Source: Dehalococcoidia bacterium
Lineage (GTDB): Bacteria > Chloroflexota > Dehalococcoidia > Bin125
Assembly: GCA_963663235.2 (NCBI GenBank)
Contig: CAXXNO010000002.1
Coordinates: 1 to 64,000 of the forward strand
Reading direction: 5' to 3'
DNA: 64,000 nt
Below the pieces are notes generated by a model, which worked only from the letters and a program-made list of their open reading frames with translations, was not told where the DNA came from and did not search any database. The translations under genes were made by a program, and so were the position numbers. Numbering within the stretch: the first letter of the stretch is position 1; every line of letters starts with the position of its first letter. This document shows positions 9,648-20,122 of this stretch, piece by piece.

Positions 9648-9676
9648 AGTATACGGCTCCCACCCGATGCGAGCAA
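9648..9676 (-). promoter_or_regulatory. Sigma70-type promoter for the guaB3 leader
   Basis: TTGCTC (9676-9671), 17 bp, TATACT (9653-9648). Confidence 0.7.
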
Positions 9677-9737
9677 AGTGACCGCTTATCAGAGCCGCCG
9701 ACTCGGGCCGGAGCGCCGAGGCCCGTATACTGCGGCT

Positions 9738-10595
9738 GTGGCGGGCACGCTCTACGTCGTCGCGACGCCGATCGGGAATCTGGAAGATCTCACGGCGCGC
9801 GCAGCCCGCGTCCTCGCGGACGTGGCGCTGATCGCGGCCGAGAATCGCCAGACGGCCGCCAAGCTATTACGTCACCTCGCGATCTCGACGCCCTGCGTTA
9901 CTTACAACGACCGCAACAAAGCGCGCAGCACCCCACGCCTCCTGGCACAGCTCAAAGCCGACGGCTCGATCGCGCTGATCAGCGAGGCCGGCACGCCCGG
10001 GATCTCGGACCCGGGCCAGGACCTAGTCGCGGCGGCGATCGAGGTCGGGGCGCAGGTCGTGCCCATCCCAGGGGCGTCGGCGCCCGCGACCCTGCTCTCG
10101 GTCGCGGGGGCGCGAACGCGCACGGCCCGCCTGGTCGGCTTTCTCCCGCGCCGAACGGGAGAGCGGCGGCGCCTGCTGGCGGACGTCGGTAAGCGCGGCG
10201 AGGCCACGCTCGCCTTCGAGTCACCCCACCGCCTGCGGGAATCGCTGGCCGACATCGCCGCCGTTCTGCCGCGGGCCCACCTGGTGGTGGGGCGGGAACT
10301 CACCAAGCTCTATGAGGAGGTCTGGCGCGGGTCGCCGGAGGAGGCGCAGCGCCATTTCGAGCGGCCCCGCGGAGAGTTCTCGCTGCTGATCCTGCCAGCG
10401 CCGCCAGAGCCGGTCCGCTGGCCGGACGACGCCGTACGCGCCGCGCTGCAGGGGGAACGCGCGGCGGGCGCACGTCGGGCCCCGGCGGCGGCGGCCGTGG
10501 CGGCCCGATCGGGGCGCACCCGTCGCGAGGTCTACGCGCTGTGGCCGACCGATGAGGCCGCCCCGCCGGACGGGCCGGCCGTCCACGGACAATAA
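9738..10595 (+). CDS. rsmI: 16S rRNA (cytidine1402-2'-O)-methyltransferase
   Basis: 'GTLYVVATPIGNLEDLT', 'SEAGTPGISDPG', 'FESPHRL', 'RELTKLYEE'. Confidence 0.93.
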   Translation: MAGTLYVVATPIGNLEDLTARAARVLADVALIAAENRQTAAKLLRHLAISTPCVTYNDRNKARSTPRLLAQLKADGSIALISEAGTPGISDPGQDLVAAAIEVGAQVVPIPGASAPATLLSVAGARTRTARLVGFLPRRTGERRRLLADVGKRGEATLAFESPHRLRESLADIAAVLPRAHLVVGRELTKLYEEVWRGSPEEAQRHFERPRGEFSLLILPAPPEPVRWPDDAVRAALQGERAAGARRAPAAAAVAARSGRTRREVYALWPTDEAAPPDGPAVHGQ

Positions 10596-10673
10596 ACGGA
10601 GTGATTGCTAAAATCGACGCGGAAGCGAAGATCGCTATCGCAGCAGCGATAGGGAGAGCAGCGCCTCCCCAAG

Positions 10674-12353
10674 ATGAGGCCCAAAGTGACTGAGACGATC
10701 CTGGTCGCCGTCGCCTGGCCCTACGCCAACGGCCCGATCCACCACGGCCAGTTGGGGGGCGCGTACCTGCCCGCCGACATCTTCGCGCGCTATCACCGCA
10801 CCAAGGGCAACCGAGTCGTGATGGTCTCCGGCTCCGACGCGCACGGCACGCCGATCACGGTGCGGGCCGAGAAGGAAAAGCGCTCCCCGGCGGAGGTGGT
10901 GGCCGAGTTTCACGCGAGCTTCCTGGAGACCTGGGAGCGGATCGGCATCTCGTTCGACCTCTTCACATCTACCGACACTGACAACCACGCCCGAGTCACG
11001 CAGGACATCTTCCGCAAATTGCGCGACGGCGGCTATCTCTATACCGCGCCCCAATCGCTCCACTTCGACGCCGAGATTCAACGCTTCCTGCCCGATCGCT
11101 ACGTGGAAGGAACCTGCCCGCACTGCGATTACGACGGCGCCCGCGGCGACCAGTGCGACAACTGCGGCCGCCAGTTGAACGCCGTCGACCTCATCAATCC
11201 GCGTAGCAAGCTCACAGGCAGCACGCCCATTCTGCGCGAAAGCGAGCACATCTTCCTCAAGCTCTCCGCGTTCACGAATCGCCTGCAGGAGTGGCTGAGC
11301 GAAGGCAAGGAGCACTGGCGCAAGCACGTCCTCAACTTCAGCCAAGGGATGCTGCGCGAGGGGTTGCACGATCGCGCCATCACCCGCGACATCAATTGGG
11401 GCGTGTCCGTGCCGGAGGAGGGGTTTGAAGCGAAGCGCATCTACGTCTGGTTCGAGGCGGTGATCGGCTATCTCTCCGCCACCATCGAATGGGCCAGCCA
11501 CCAGGATCAGCCGGAGGCCTGGCACGACTTCTGGAAGAGCCCGGATACGCGGTCGTACTACTTCATCGGCAAGGACAACATCCCCTTCCACACCGTGGTC
11601 TGGCCGGCGATGCTGATGGGCGTCGGCGATCTCAACCTGCCCTACGACGTCCCGGCCAACCAGTACATCACCATGTCGGGCAGCAAGGCCAGCACCAGCC
11701 AGAACTGGGCGGTGTGGGTGCTGGACTACCTGGATCGCTACGACCCCGATCCGCTGCGCTACGTCCTAGCCAGCCAAATGCCCGAGACCAGCGACAGCGA
11801 TTTCAACTGGGCGGCGTTCGTCCGCCGCAACAACGACGAACTGGTGGGCACGTGGGGCAACCTAGTGCATCGCGTGCTGACGTTGACGGTGCGCAACTTC
11901 GACGGCGTCGTGCCCGACCCCGGCCCGCTCGATCGCCAGGCGCAGCAACTGCTGGACTCGACGCAGTCCACCCTCGATCGCGTCGATGAGGCGCTCGCCG
12001 CCGTGCACCTGCGTCAGGGACTCCAGGCTGCCTTCGCGCTGGCGCAGGAGACCAACCGCTACCTGGACGCCACAGCGCCCTGGAAGACGATCAAGACGGA
12101 CCGGACGGCCGCCGCGCGATCGCTCTATACGGCGCTGAACGTGATCGCCGGGCTGCGCACCGCGCTCTATCCGTTCCTCCCGTTCACTTGCAACACCCTG
12201 CACCACTACCTTGGGTCCGAGGGCACGATTGAAGAAGCGGGATGGCGTTTGACCGCGCTCCAACCGGGTACCCCGCTACAGAAGCCGGAGCCGCTGTTCA
12301 CCAAACTCGAGCCCAGCGTGGTCGAGATCGAAGAAGCACGGCTGGGCACATGA
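10674..12353 (+). CDS. metG: Methionine--tRNA ligase (no C-terminal OB dimerisation domain)
   Basis: 'AWPYANGPIHHGQ', 'GSDAHGTPI', Zn knuckles CPHC/CDNC, 'YVWFEA', 'FIGKDNIPFH', KMSKS-like 'KASTS'. Confidence 0.95.
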   Translation: MRPKVTETILVAVAWPYANGPIHHGQLGGAYLPADIFARYHRTKGNRVVMVSGSDAHGTPITVRAEKEKRSPAEVVAEFHASFLETWERIGISFDLFTSTDTDNHARVTQDIFRKLRDGGYLYTAPQSLHFDAEIQRFLPDRYVEGTCPHCDYDGARGDQCDNCGRQLNAVDLINPRSKLTGSTPILRESEHIFLKLSAFTNRLQEWLSEGKEHWRKHVLNFSQGMLREGLHDRAITRDINWGVSVPEEGFEAKRIYVWFEAVIGYLSATIEWASHQDQPEAWHDFWKSPDTRSYYFIGKDNIPFHTVVWPAMLMGVGDLNLPYDVPANQYITMSGSKASTSQNWAVWVLDYLDRYDPDPLRYVLASQMPETSDSDFNWAAFVRRNNDELVGTWGNLVHRVLTLTVRNFDGVVPDPGPLDRQAQQLLDSTQSTLDRVDEALAAVHLRQGLQAAFALAQETNRYLDATAPWKTIKTDRTAAARSLYTALNVIAGLRTALYPFLPFTCNTLHHYLGSEGTIEEAGWRLTALQPGTPLQKPEPLFTKLEPSVVEIEEARLGT

Positions 12354-13156
12354 GCGGCTTGATCGATACGCACGCCCACGTCCATGACCGCGGCTTCCAG
12401 CAAGACCGCGCGGCGGTGCTGGCACGCGCGCGCGCGGCGGGCCTGGCCGCCGTGGTGACCGTGGGCACGGATCTCGCCGAGAGCGAGGCCGCCGTGGCGC
12501 TGGCCGATCAGGAGGCGGACGTCTTCGCGACGGTGGGCGTGCACCCGCACGACGCCCGACTGTGGGACGAAGCCGCCGAGTCGCGCCTGCGTGAGCTGGC
12601 CGGGCAGGCCAAGGTAGTGGCCATCGGCGAGATCGGGTTGGACTTCTACCGTGATCTATCGCCCCGCGCGGATCAGGAGCGCGCCTTCCGAGCGCAACTC
12701 AAGCTGGCGAACGAGCTCCGCCTGCCGGTCGTGATCCATGCCCGCCAGGCCGCCGAGGCCACCGCCGCGATCCTGACGGAATGGGCGCCCGACGCCGCGT
12801 GCGGCCGGCCGCTCGGCGTCCTGCACTGCTTCGACGGCGATGTCGCCCTCGCGGGCCGCTACGTGGAGCTAGGCTTCTTGATCTCCATCGCCGGGCCGGT
12901 CACCTATCCCAAGAGCACGCGCATCCGCGAGGTCGCTCTGGCGATGCCCGCCGAGGCGCTGGTGCTGGAGACGGACGCGCCGTACCTGACGCCGCAGTTC
13001 CGCCGAGGGAAGCGGAACGAGCCCGCCTACGTCGTGGAGACGGCGCGCTTCGTCGCCGATCTCCGCCGGACCGATGCGGAGACGTTGGCCGCAAGTTGCG
13101 GCGGCAACGCGCGTCGACTGTTCCGGCTTCCGGCCGGAAACGAGGTCGCGGTGTGA
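12350..13156 (+). CDS. tatD: TatD family DNase
   Basis: 'LIDTHAH', 'GVHPH', 'IGEIGLDFY', 'LHCF', 'LETDAPYLTP'; ATGA overlap with metG. Confidence 0.92.
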   Translation: MSGLIDTHAHVHDRGFQQDRAAVLARARAAGLAAVVTVGTDLAESEAAVALADQEADVFATVGVHPHDARLWDEAAESRLRELAGQAKVVAIGEIGLDFYRDLSPRADQERAFRAQLKLANELRLPVVIHARQAAEATAAILTEWAPDAACGRPLGVLHCFDGDVALAGRYVELGFLISIAGPVTYPKSTRIREVALAMPAEALVLETDAPYLTPQFRRGKRNEPAYVVETARFVADLRRTDAETLAASCGGNARRLFRLPAGNEVAV

Positions 13157-14133
13157 CCAACGTGACGGCTCTCTACGGACCGGTCGCAGAGGACCTAGCG
13201 CGGGTCGAAGATCTGCTCGAGTTGGCGACCCGGGCCGACTACGCGCCGCTGGAGGAGATGCTCAAGCACATCCTGCAGCGCAGCGGCAAGCGGCTGCGCC
13301 CGGCCATCGCCCTGCTGGCCGGCGGCTTCGGCGTCTACGACCCCGAACGCCACGTGCCCTTGGCGGCGTCCATCGAGCTACTGCATACAGCGACGCTGGT
13401 GCACGACGACGTGATCGACGCCGCAGAGACCCGCCGCGGACGCCCCACCGCCAACTCGATGTTCGACAACGCCGCCAGCGTGATGCTGGGCGACTACATG
13501 TTCGCGCACGCCGCGGAACTCGTCGCGCGGACGGGTCACATCGGCGTGATCCATCTCTTCGCCGCGACGCTGATGACGATGGCCAAGGGCGAGATCAATC
13601 AGGATATCAGCGCCTACGACACCGCCTCCGGCAACCTGCGCGACTACTACCAGCGCATTGACGGCAAAACGGCGTCCCTCTTCGCCACCGCGGGGACGGC
13701 CGGCGCCACGATGGCCCAGAGCGACGAAGCGACCGTGGAGGCGCTGCGCACCTACGGGCGCGCGCTGGGCATGGCCTTCCAGATCGTGGACGACATCTTG
13801 GACTTCACCGGCGACGCCGAGACCCTGGGCAAGCCGGTGGGCGGCGATCTCCTCGCCGGCACGCTGACGCTGCCGGCGATCCTCCTGATGGAGGCCGATC
13901 CCCGCGACAACGCGGTGCGCCGGTTGTTCGCCGCCGACGGGCCGGAGGAGCAACAGCGGCTGTTACGGACAGCGCTGGACGAGATCGCCGCCGCGGGCAT
14001 TCTCGATCGTGCGGCGGAGGTCGCCAGGCAGTGGCAGGCCGACGCCTTGCGTGCGCTGGAACCGCTCGCGGCCAACGAGCACCGGCGCGCGCTGGAGAGT
14101 ATCGCGGCGTTCGTGACGCGGCGCCGCTTCTAG
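13153..14133 (+). CDS. Polyprenyl diphosphate synthase (IspB/HepT type)
   Basis: 'GKRLRP', FARM 'HDDVID..ETRRG', 'KTASLF', SARM 'FQIVDDILD'. Confidence 0.92.
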   Translation: MTNVTALYGPVAEDLARVEDLLELATRADYAPLEEMLKHILQRSGKRLRPAIALLAGGFGVYDPERHVPLAASIELLHTATLVHDDVIDAAETRRGRPTANSMFDNAASVMLGDYMFAHAAELVARTGHIGVIHLFAATLMTMAKGEINQDISAYDTASGNLRDYYQRIDGKTASLFATAGTAGATMAQSDEATVEALRTYGRALGMAFQIVDDILDFTGDAETLGKPVGGDLLAGTLTLPAILLMEADPRDNAVRRLFAADGPEEQQRLLRTALDEIAAAGILDRAAEVARQWQADALRALEPLAANEHRRALESIAAFVTRRRF

Positions 14134-14143
14134 CCCCGCCGCC

Positions 14144-14575
14144 CTAGTCCAGACTGCGCCTGGTCGTCTTCAGTTCGCCGCGCTTGGACTTGGCGTCCAG
14201 CTTCTTGGAGCGTTGCTCGCGCATCACGGCGCGCTTCCGTCGACGCACCTCGATGTTCTTGTCGATGGAGTCAACGAAGTCCTGCTTGCTCGTGATCGGC
14301 GGTTCTTTCGATCTGGCCAGCTCCGGATGCTCAAGGGGATTGCCCCGGGTCTGCAGGCGCGACACGTCCGCGCCCAGATGCCGGTAGGTGCCCTTGTCCG
14401 GAAGGCGACGCGCGAGGCCCTCGCGCACGACGAAGGCTGTGAACGTGGTGGGCATCAGACGCTGGCCCTCTTCGTCGCAGACGGGGCAAGGCCCGGGTTC
14501 GTCCGCCTCTCGCATGTTGCGGACGATCTCAAAGATCCCATCGCACGGCTTGCAGAAGTATTCGTAAACCGGCAC
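14144..14575 (-). CDS. FmdB-family zinc-ribbon protein with basic C-terminal extension
   Basis: 'MPVYEYFCKPC...CPVC' pattern of FmdB/CxxC_CxxC_SSSS proteins. Confidence 0.8.
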   Translation of the reverse strand: MPVYEYFCKPCDGIFEIVRNMREADEPGPCPVCDEEGQRLMPTTFTAFVVREGLARRLPDKGTYRHLGADVSRLQTRGNPLEHPELARSKEPPITSKQDFVDSIDKNIEVRRRKRAVMREQRSKKLDAKSKRGELKTTRRSLD

Positions 14576-14578
14576 CAG

Positions 14579-15364
14579 TTAGCCTTTCCCCGGACCGTCC
14601 CCTGCCCCCGCGAGCGCCCGCACCGCATCCACGAATCCGGCCGCCTTCACGTCTCGATCGAGCGCCACATGCACCGCCTCGCGCAGGTGCATCTCCAGCT
14701 CGCGGCTCAAGCCCGTCTCGACGCGCACTCGCGCCACGTTCCGGAACGGCTCGCGCTGCAGGTAGCGTAACAGCCGGAACGCGCGCGCGGAAAGCGGCCG
14801 GCTTGCCGACCGTGCGGCGCAGTCAGGGCAGAGCACGCCGCCGAGCGCGGCGGCGAAGCCATTCCCGTCCGGTGTCAGCGCAGCGTCGCAGCGGACGCAT
14901 CGCTCCAGGTGCGGCTGATACCCCTGGTCCGCCAGCAGCTGCATCTCGAACCAGCGGACAGCCAGATCGATGCCCGGCGCGGCCTCCACACGCTCCAGCG
15001 TCTCCACCAAGAGGCGGTAGAGTCCGGTGGCATCCGGGGCGGCGTCCGTGAAGCGATCCACGAGCTCCGCCACGTAGAGTCCCCGGCTGAGCCGGTCAAT
15101 GTCTTCGCGCAGCGCCGCGTGCGCGTCGAGCGTTTGCGCCTGAGTGATGATGTCCAGTGAGCGGCCCCTGGCGAGCAACAGGCTGGAGCGGGAGAGCGGC
15201 TCCAGGTGCCCTGCCAGCCGACTGCGCGGCCGCCGCACGCCCTTGGCCACGGCCTCGATGCGCCCGAGGCCCGGCGTGAAGAGGACGCAGATCTTGTCCG
15301 CTTCGCCCAGGCCGCGCTGGCGCAGCACCACCGCCTCGGTCCGGTAGACCCGCGGCGCCGCCAT
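14579..15364 (-). CDS. recO: DNA repair protein RecO
   Basis: 'EAVVLRQRGLGEADKI', 'AVAKGVRRPRSRLAG', Zn 'CVRC...CPDC'. Confidence 0.93.
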   Translation of the reverse strand: MAAPRVYRTEAVVLRQRGLGEADKICVLFTPGLGRIEAVAKGVRRPRSRLAGHLEPLSRSSLLLARGRSLDIITQAQTLDAHAALREDIDRLSRGLYVAELVDRFTDAAPDATGLYRLLVETLERVEAAPGIDLAVRWFEMQLLADQGYQPHLERCVRCDAALTPDGNGFAAALGGVLCPDCAARSASRPLSARAFRLLRYLQREPFRNVARVRVETGLSRELEMHLREAVHVALDRDVKAAGFVDAVRALAGAGDGPGKG

Positions 15365-16014
15365 CAGCGCACCTCCGCGCCGCCCTCCGGTTCCGGCTCC
15401 GCCTCCAGCGGCAACCGGTTCCGCATCGCCCGGCCCAGCGTGACCTCATCCGCGTACTCGACGTCCGCGCCGGCCGGCAGCCCTCGGGCGATGCGCGTGA
15501 CCTGCACGGCGAAGGGCCGCAGCACGCGCGCCACGTAACTGGCGGTGGCGTCGCCTTCCATGTTCGAGTTGGTCGCCAGGATCACTTCGCGCACGTCGCC
15601 ATCGCGCACGCGATCCAGCAACTCCCGGATCTTGATTTGCTCCGGTCCGATCCCGTCCATCGGGCTCAGGGCGCCGTGCAGAACGTGGTACAGGCCGGCG
15701 TACGATCCCGCCCGCTCCACGGCCAAGGAGTCCAGCGGCTCTTCCACCACGCAGATCAAGGCGCGATCGCGGTCGCTGCCGACGCAAAGCGCGCAGGGGT
15801 CGCGATCGGTGACGTTCTGGCAGATCCGGCAGAGGTAAACGCGCTCCTTCACCTCCAACAAGGCCGACGCGAGCGCCTCCGTCTCCTCAGGCGGGGCGCG
15901 CAGAATGTAGTACGCGAGACGTTGCGCGCTCTTGGGCCCGATCCCCGGCAGCCGGTGAAACGCCTCCACGAGACGCGCAATCGGCGCGGCGGTGACGGTT
16001 GACCGCGCAGACAC
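15364..16014 (-). CDS. recR: Recombination mediator RecR
   Basis: 'LPGIGPKSAQRLA', C4 Zn finger, 'CVVEEP', 'YHVLHGALSPMDGIGP', TOPRIM 'ILATNSNMEGDATA'. Confidence 0.95.
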   Translation of the reverse strand: MSARSTVTAAPIARLVEAFHRLPGIGPKSAQRLAYYILRAPPEETEALASALLEVKERVYLCRICQNVTDRDPCALCVGSDRDRALICVVEEPLDSLAVERAGSYAGLYHVLHGALSPMDGIGPEQIKIRELLDRVRDGDVREVILATNSNMEGDATASYVARVLRPFAVQVTRIARGLPAGADVEYADEVTLGRAMRNRLPLEAEPEPEGGAEVR

Positions 16015-16017
16015 GAT

Positions 16018-16392
16018 TTAGGACAGATCCGGCAGCGAGAGGCCAGCGGTCAAGCCCGACATCCGCTCCGTCTGCATGGCCGCCAGTTTATCGACGGCGT
16101 CGTTGACGGCGGCGATGATCAGGTCTTGGAGCATCTCGGGATCCTCCGGATCGAGGACCTCCGGATCGACCGTCACGGCCCGGAGCTTGTGCTCACCGCT
16201 CATCACCAGAGAGAGCACGCCCCCTCCGGCGCTGGCCTCCACAGTGCTCTCCTTGAGATCCTCCTGGGCCTGCGCCAGCTGCGCCTGCAACTCCTGCGCT
16301 TGGCGCACCATGTCCGGCGAGAGCCCGGCTGCGCCCGCCCCTTTGGCGGACCGCTTGGGCTGCCGAAACATCCCGCCTCTGGATTTCGCCAC
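16018..16392 (-). CDS. ybaB: YbaB/EbfC nucleoid-associated protein
   Basis: 'ASAGGG', 'DPEDPEMLQDLIIAAVNDA'; between dnaX and recR. Confidence 0.92.
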   Translation of the reverse strand: MAKSRGGMFRQPKRSAKGAGAAGLSPDMVRQAQELQAQLAQAQEDLKESTVEASAGGGVLSLVMSGEHKLRAVTVDPEVLDPEDPEMLQDLIIAAVNDAVDKLAAMQTERMSGLTAGLSLPDLS

Positions 16393-16420
16393 GTCGCGCT
16401 CCGTTCCGCCGAGCCCCAGC

Positions 16421-18094
<1,674 letters not shown>

Positions 18095-18183
18095 GCCGCT
18101 CCCCCTTCGCCGGGCATCCCCAACAGGTGCCAGTATATCGAAGCGCTTGTCGCGCCCGAACAAGCGTGCGACTTGAGTTTATG

Positions 18184-18660
18184 TCATATCCGCGCGGCCG
18201 CGGGCCGCCCGATCCGCCTCAGCGCGGCGCGTTCCATGCGTCGCATGGCGGCGTCCTCGCGGCGGGTCCGGTGGTCGGCGCCCAGCAAGTGCAGCGTGCC
18301 GTGCGCGACCAACAGCGCCAGTTCGTCGTCCAGCGCGACGCCGCGCGCCTTGGCCCCCGCCGCGGCGACCGGGAGCGCAACCACGATGGCGCCCAACTCC
18401 TCCACCCCATCGGGCCGGCGCAGGCCGGGAAAGCGCGTCTCGAAGGAGAGCACGTCCGTCGGCTCATCCCGGTGCAGATAGCGCCGGTTCAAGCCCCGGA
18501 CCGTGCGACTATCCGTCACCGTCACGGAGACGCCGCGCGGCACACGCAGGCGGCGCGACGCCAGCGTCCCCGCGACGGTCGCGCACAGCAACTCGCCGTC
18601 GACCCGCCGCCGGTAGCGCGGATCGATCACCACGTCGACCTGGTGCGGGTGGCTAGACAA
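18184..18660 (-). CDS. ybeY: rRNA maturation endoribonuclease YbeY
   Basis: 'LNRRY...PTDVLSF', 'HGTLHLLGADH'; probable TTG start overlapping the nuoN stop. Confidence 0.88.
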   Translation of the reverse strand: MSSHPHQVDVVIDPRYRRRVDGELLCATVAGTLASRRLRVPRGVSVTVTDSRTVRGLNRRYLHRDEPTDVLSFETRFPGLRRPDGVEELGAIVVALPVAAAGAKARGVALDDELALLVAHGTLHLLGADHRTRREDAAMRRMERAALRRIGRPAAARI

Positions 18661-20122
18661 AGATCGCCGACACCGCCTCGTCCGCAACGTCGATTAAGAG
18701 CGAAGGCGAGACGCCGATCACCAAGATGCCGGCCGTGGTGGCGGCCAGCGTCAGTCCCAGCGGCAGGTCCGGCGCCCAGCGATCGGGCAAGGCCCCGGGA
18801 TCCGGGCTCTCGTCCACGAACATCGCCTTGATGGGGCGCAGATAGTAAGCCGCGCTGATCACCGAGTTGACGACGCCCACGACCGCCAGCCAAGCGAGAT
18901 CGCTCTTGATGGCGGCGTCAAACAGATACAACTTGCCGAAGAAGCCAGCGGTGAGCGGGAGTCCGATCAGCGACAAGAGGCTGAACGCCAGCAACGCCCC
19001 CAACAGAGGCGCACGCCGTCCGATGCCCCGGTAATCATCGATCTGGTACGAGCCGATCCGGTTGTAGAACGCGATCACCACCAAAAACGCGGTCAGGTTG
19101 GTGACGCTGTAGCCCGCCAGGTAGAAGAGGATTCCCCCCGGCCCCAAGCTCGCCGACCCATCGGCGGTCACGGCGGCCAGCCCGATCAAGATCGTGCCCG
19201 CATGGGCGATGGATGAATAGGCCAGCATGCGCTTGATGTCCGACTGCCGGAGGGCCAGCACATTGCCGAGGAACATGGACAGCGCCGCGAGGACGGCGAA
19301 GATCGTCGACCAGTGGGAGCTGAGGATGTCGTCGCCGAAGGCCTCGACGAAGACGCGGATGAGGATGGCGAACGCCGCCGCCTTGGACCCGACCGAGAGG
19401 TAGGCGGCGATGGGCGTGGGCCCGCCCTGATAGACGTCCGGCACCCACATCTGAAACGGCGTCACCGCCGCCTTGAAGCCGAAGCCCACAACGAAAAACA
19501 CCACGCTCAGGACCAGCGCCTCGAAGACACCGCTGTCGCTGCCTGCGACGTAGGCGGCGATGGCGTTCAAGTTGGTCGAGCCGCTCAGCCCCAAGAGAAT
19601 CGCCATCCCGTAGAGCAGCACGGCCGAGGCGATCGCGCCGAGGAGCAAGTACTTCAGCCCCGCCTCGCTGGAGAGGCGGTCCTTGTGCAACCCGACCAGG
19701 ACGTACTGCGAGAGGGCGGTCAACTCCAGGGCAACGAAGATCCCGATCAGATCGCGCGTCCCCGCCAGCAGCATCAGCCCCGCGGTGCTGAGCAGCAGCA
19801 GCGCCAGGTACTCGCCCTGCCGCGAAGGGAACCGCGCCAGCGTCTCCCACGACGCCCCGATCACCGCCAGCGCGATCCCGCCGAGCAGGAACTGGAAGAA
19901 CAGCGCGAAGCGGTCCAGCACCAGCACGCCGTCGAAGGCGTCACGGCCGGCCTTGCCGTCGACGAGGAGCACGGCGCTGTAGGCGATGGCGCCCAGCACG
20001 GCGGCCGCGGCCGTCGCCACCAGCACCCGCCGATCGTGCACAAAGACCTCGGCCACGAGCAAGAAGCCGCCCACGACCATCAGCACGAGCTCGGGCCCGA
20101 GGAGGTTAACGTCGCCCAGCAC
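18653..20122 (-). CDS. nuoN: NADH-quinone oxidoreductase subunit N
   Basis: Multi-TM antiporter-like; 'SSEAGLKYLLLGA', 'PFQMWVPDVYQGGPTP', 'KRMLAYSSIAH'. Confidence 0.93.
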   Translation of the reverse strand: MLGDVNLLGPELVLMVVGGFLLVAEVFVHDRRVLVATAAAAVLGAIAYSAVLLVDGKAGRDAFDGVLVLDRFALFFQFLLGGIALAVIGASWETLARFPSRQGEYLALLLLSTAGLMLLAGTRDLIGIFVALELTALSQYVLVGLHKDRLSSEAGLKYLLLGAIASAVLLYGMAILLGLSGSTNLNAIAAYVAGSDSGVFEALVLSVVFFVVGFGFKAAVTPFQMWVPDVYQGGPTPIAAYLSVGSKAAAFAILIRVFVEAFGDDILSSHWSTIFAVLAALSMFLGNVLALRQSDIKRMLAYSSIAHAGTILIGLAAVTADGSASLGPGGILFYLAGYSVTNLTAFLVVIAFYNRIGSYQIDDYRGIGRRAPLLGALLAFSLLSLIGLPLTAGFFGKLYLFDAAIKSDLAWLAVVGVVNSVISAAYYLRPIKAMFVDESPDPGALPDRWAPDLPLGLTLAATTAGILVIGVSPSLLIDVADEAVSAIFV

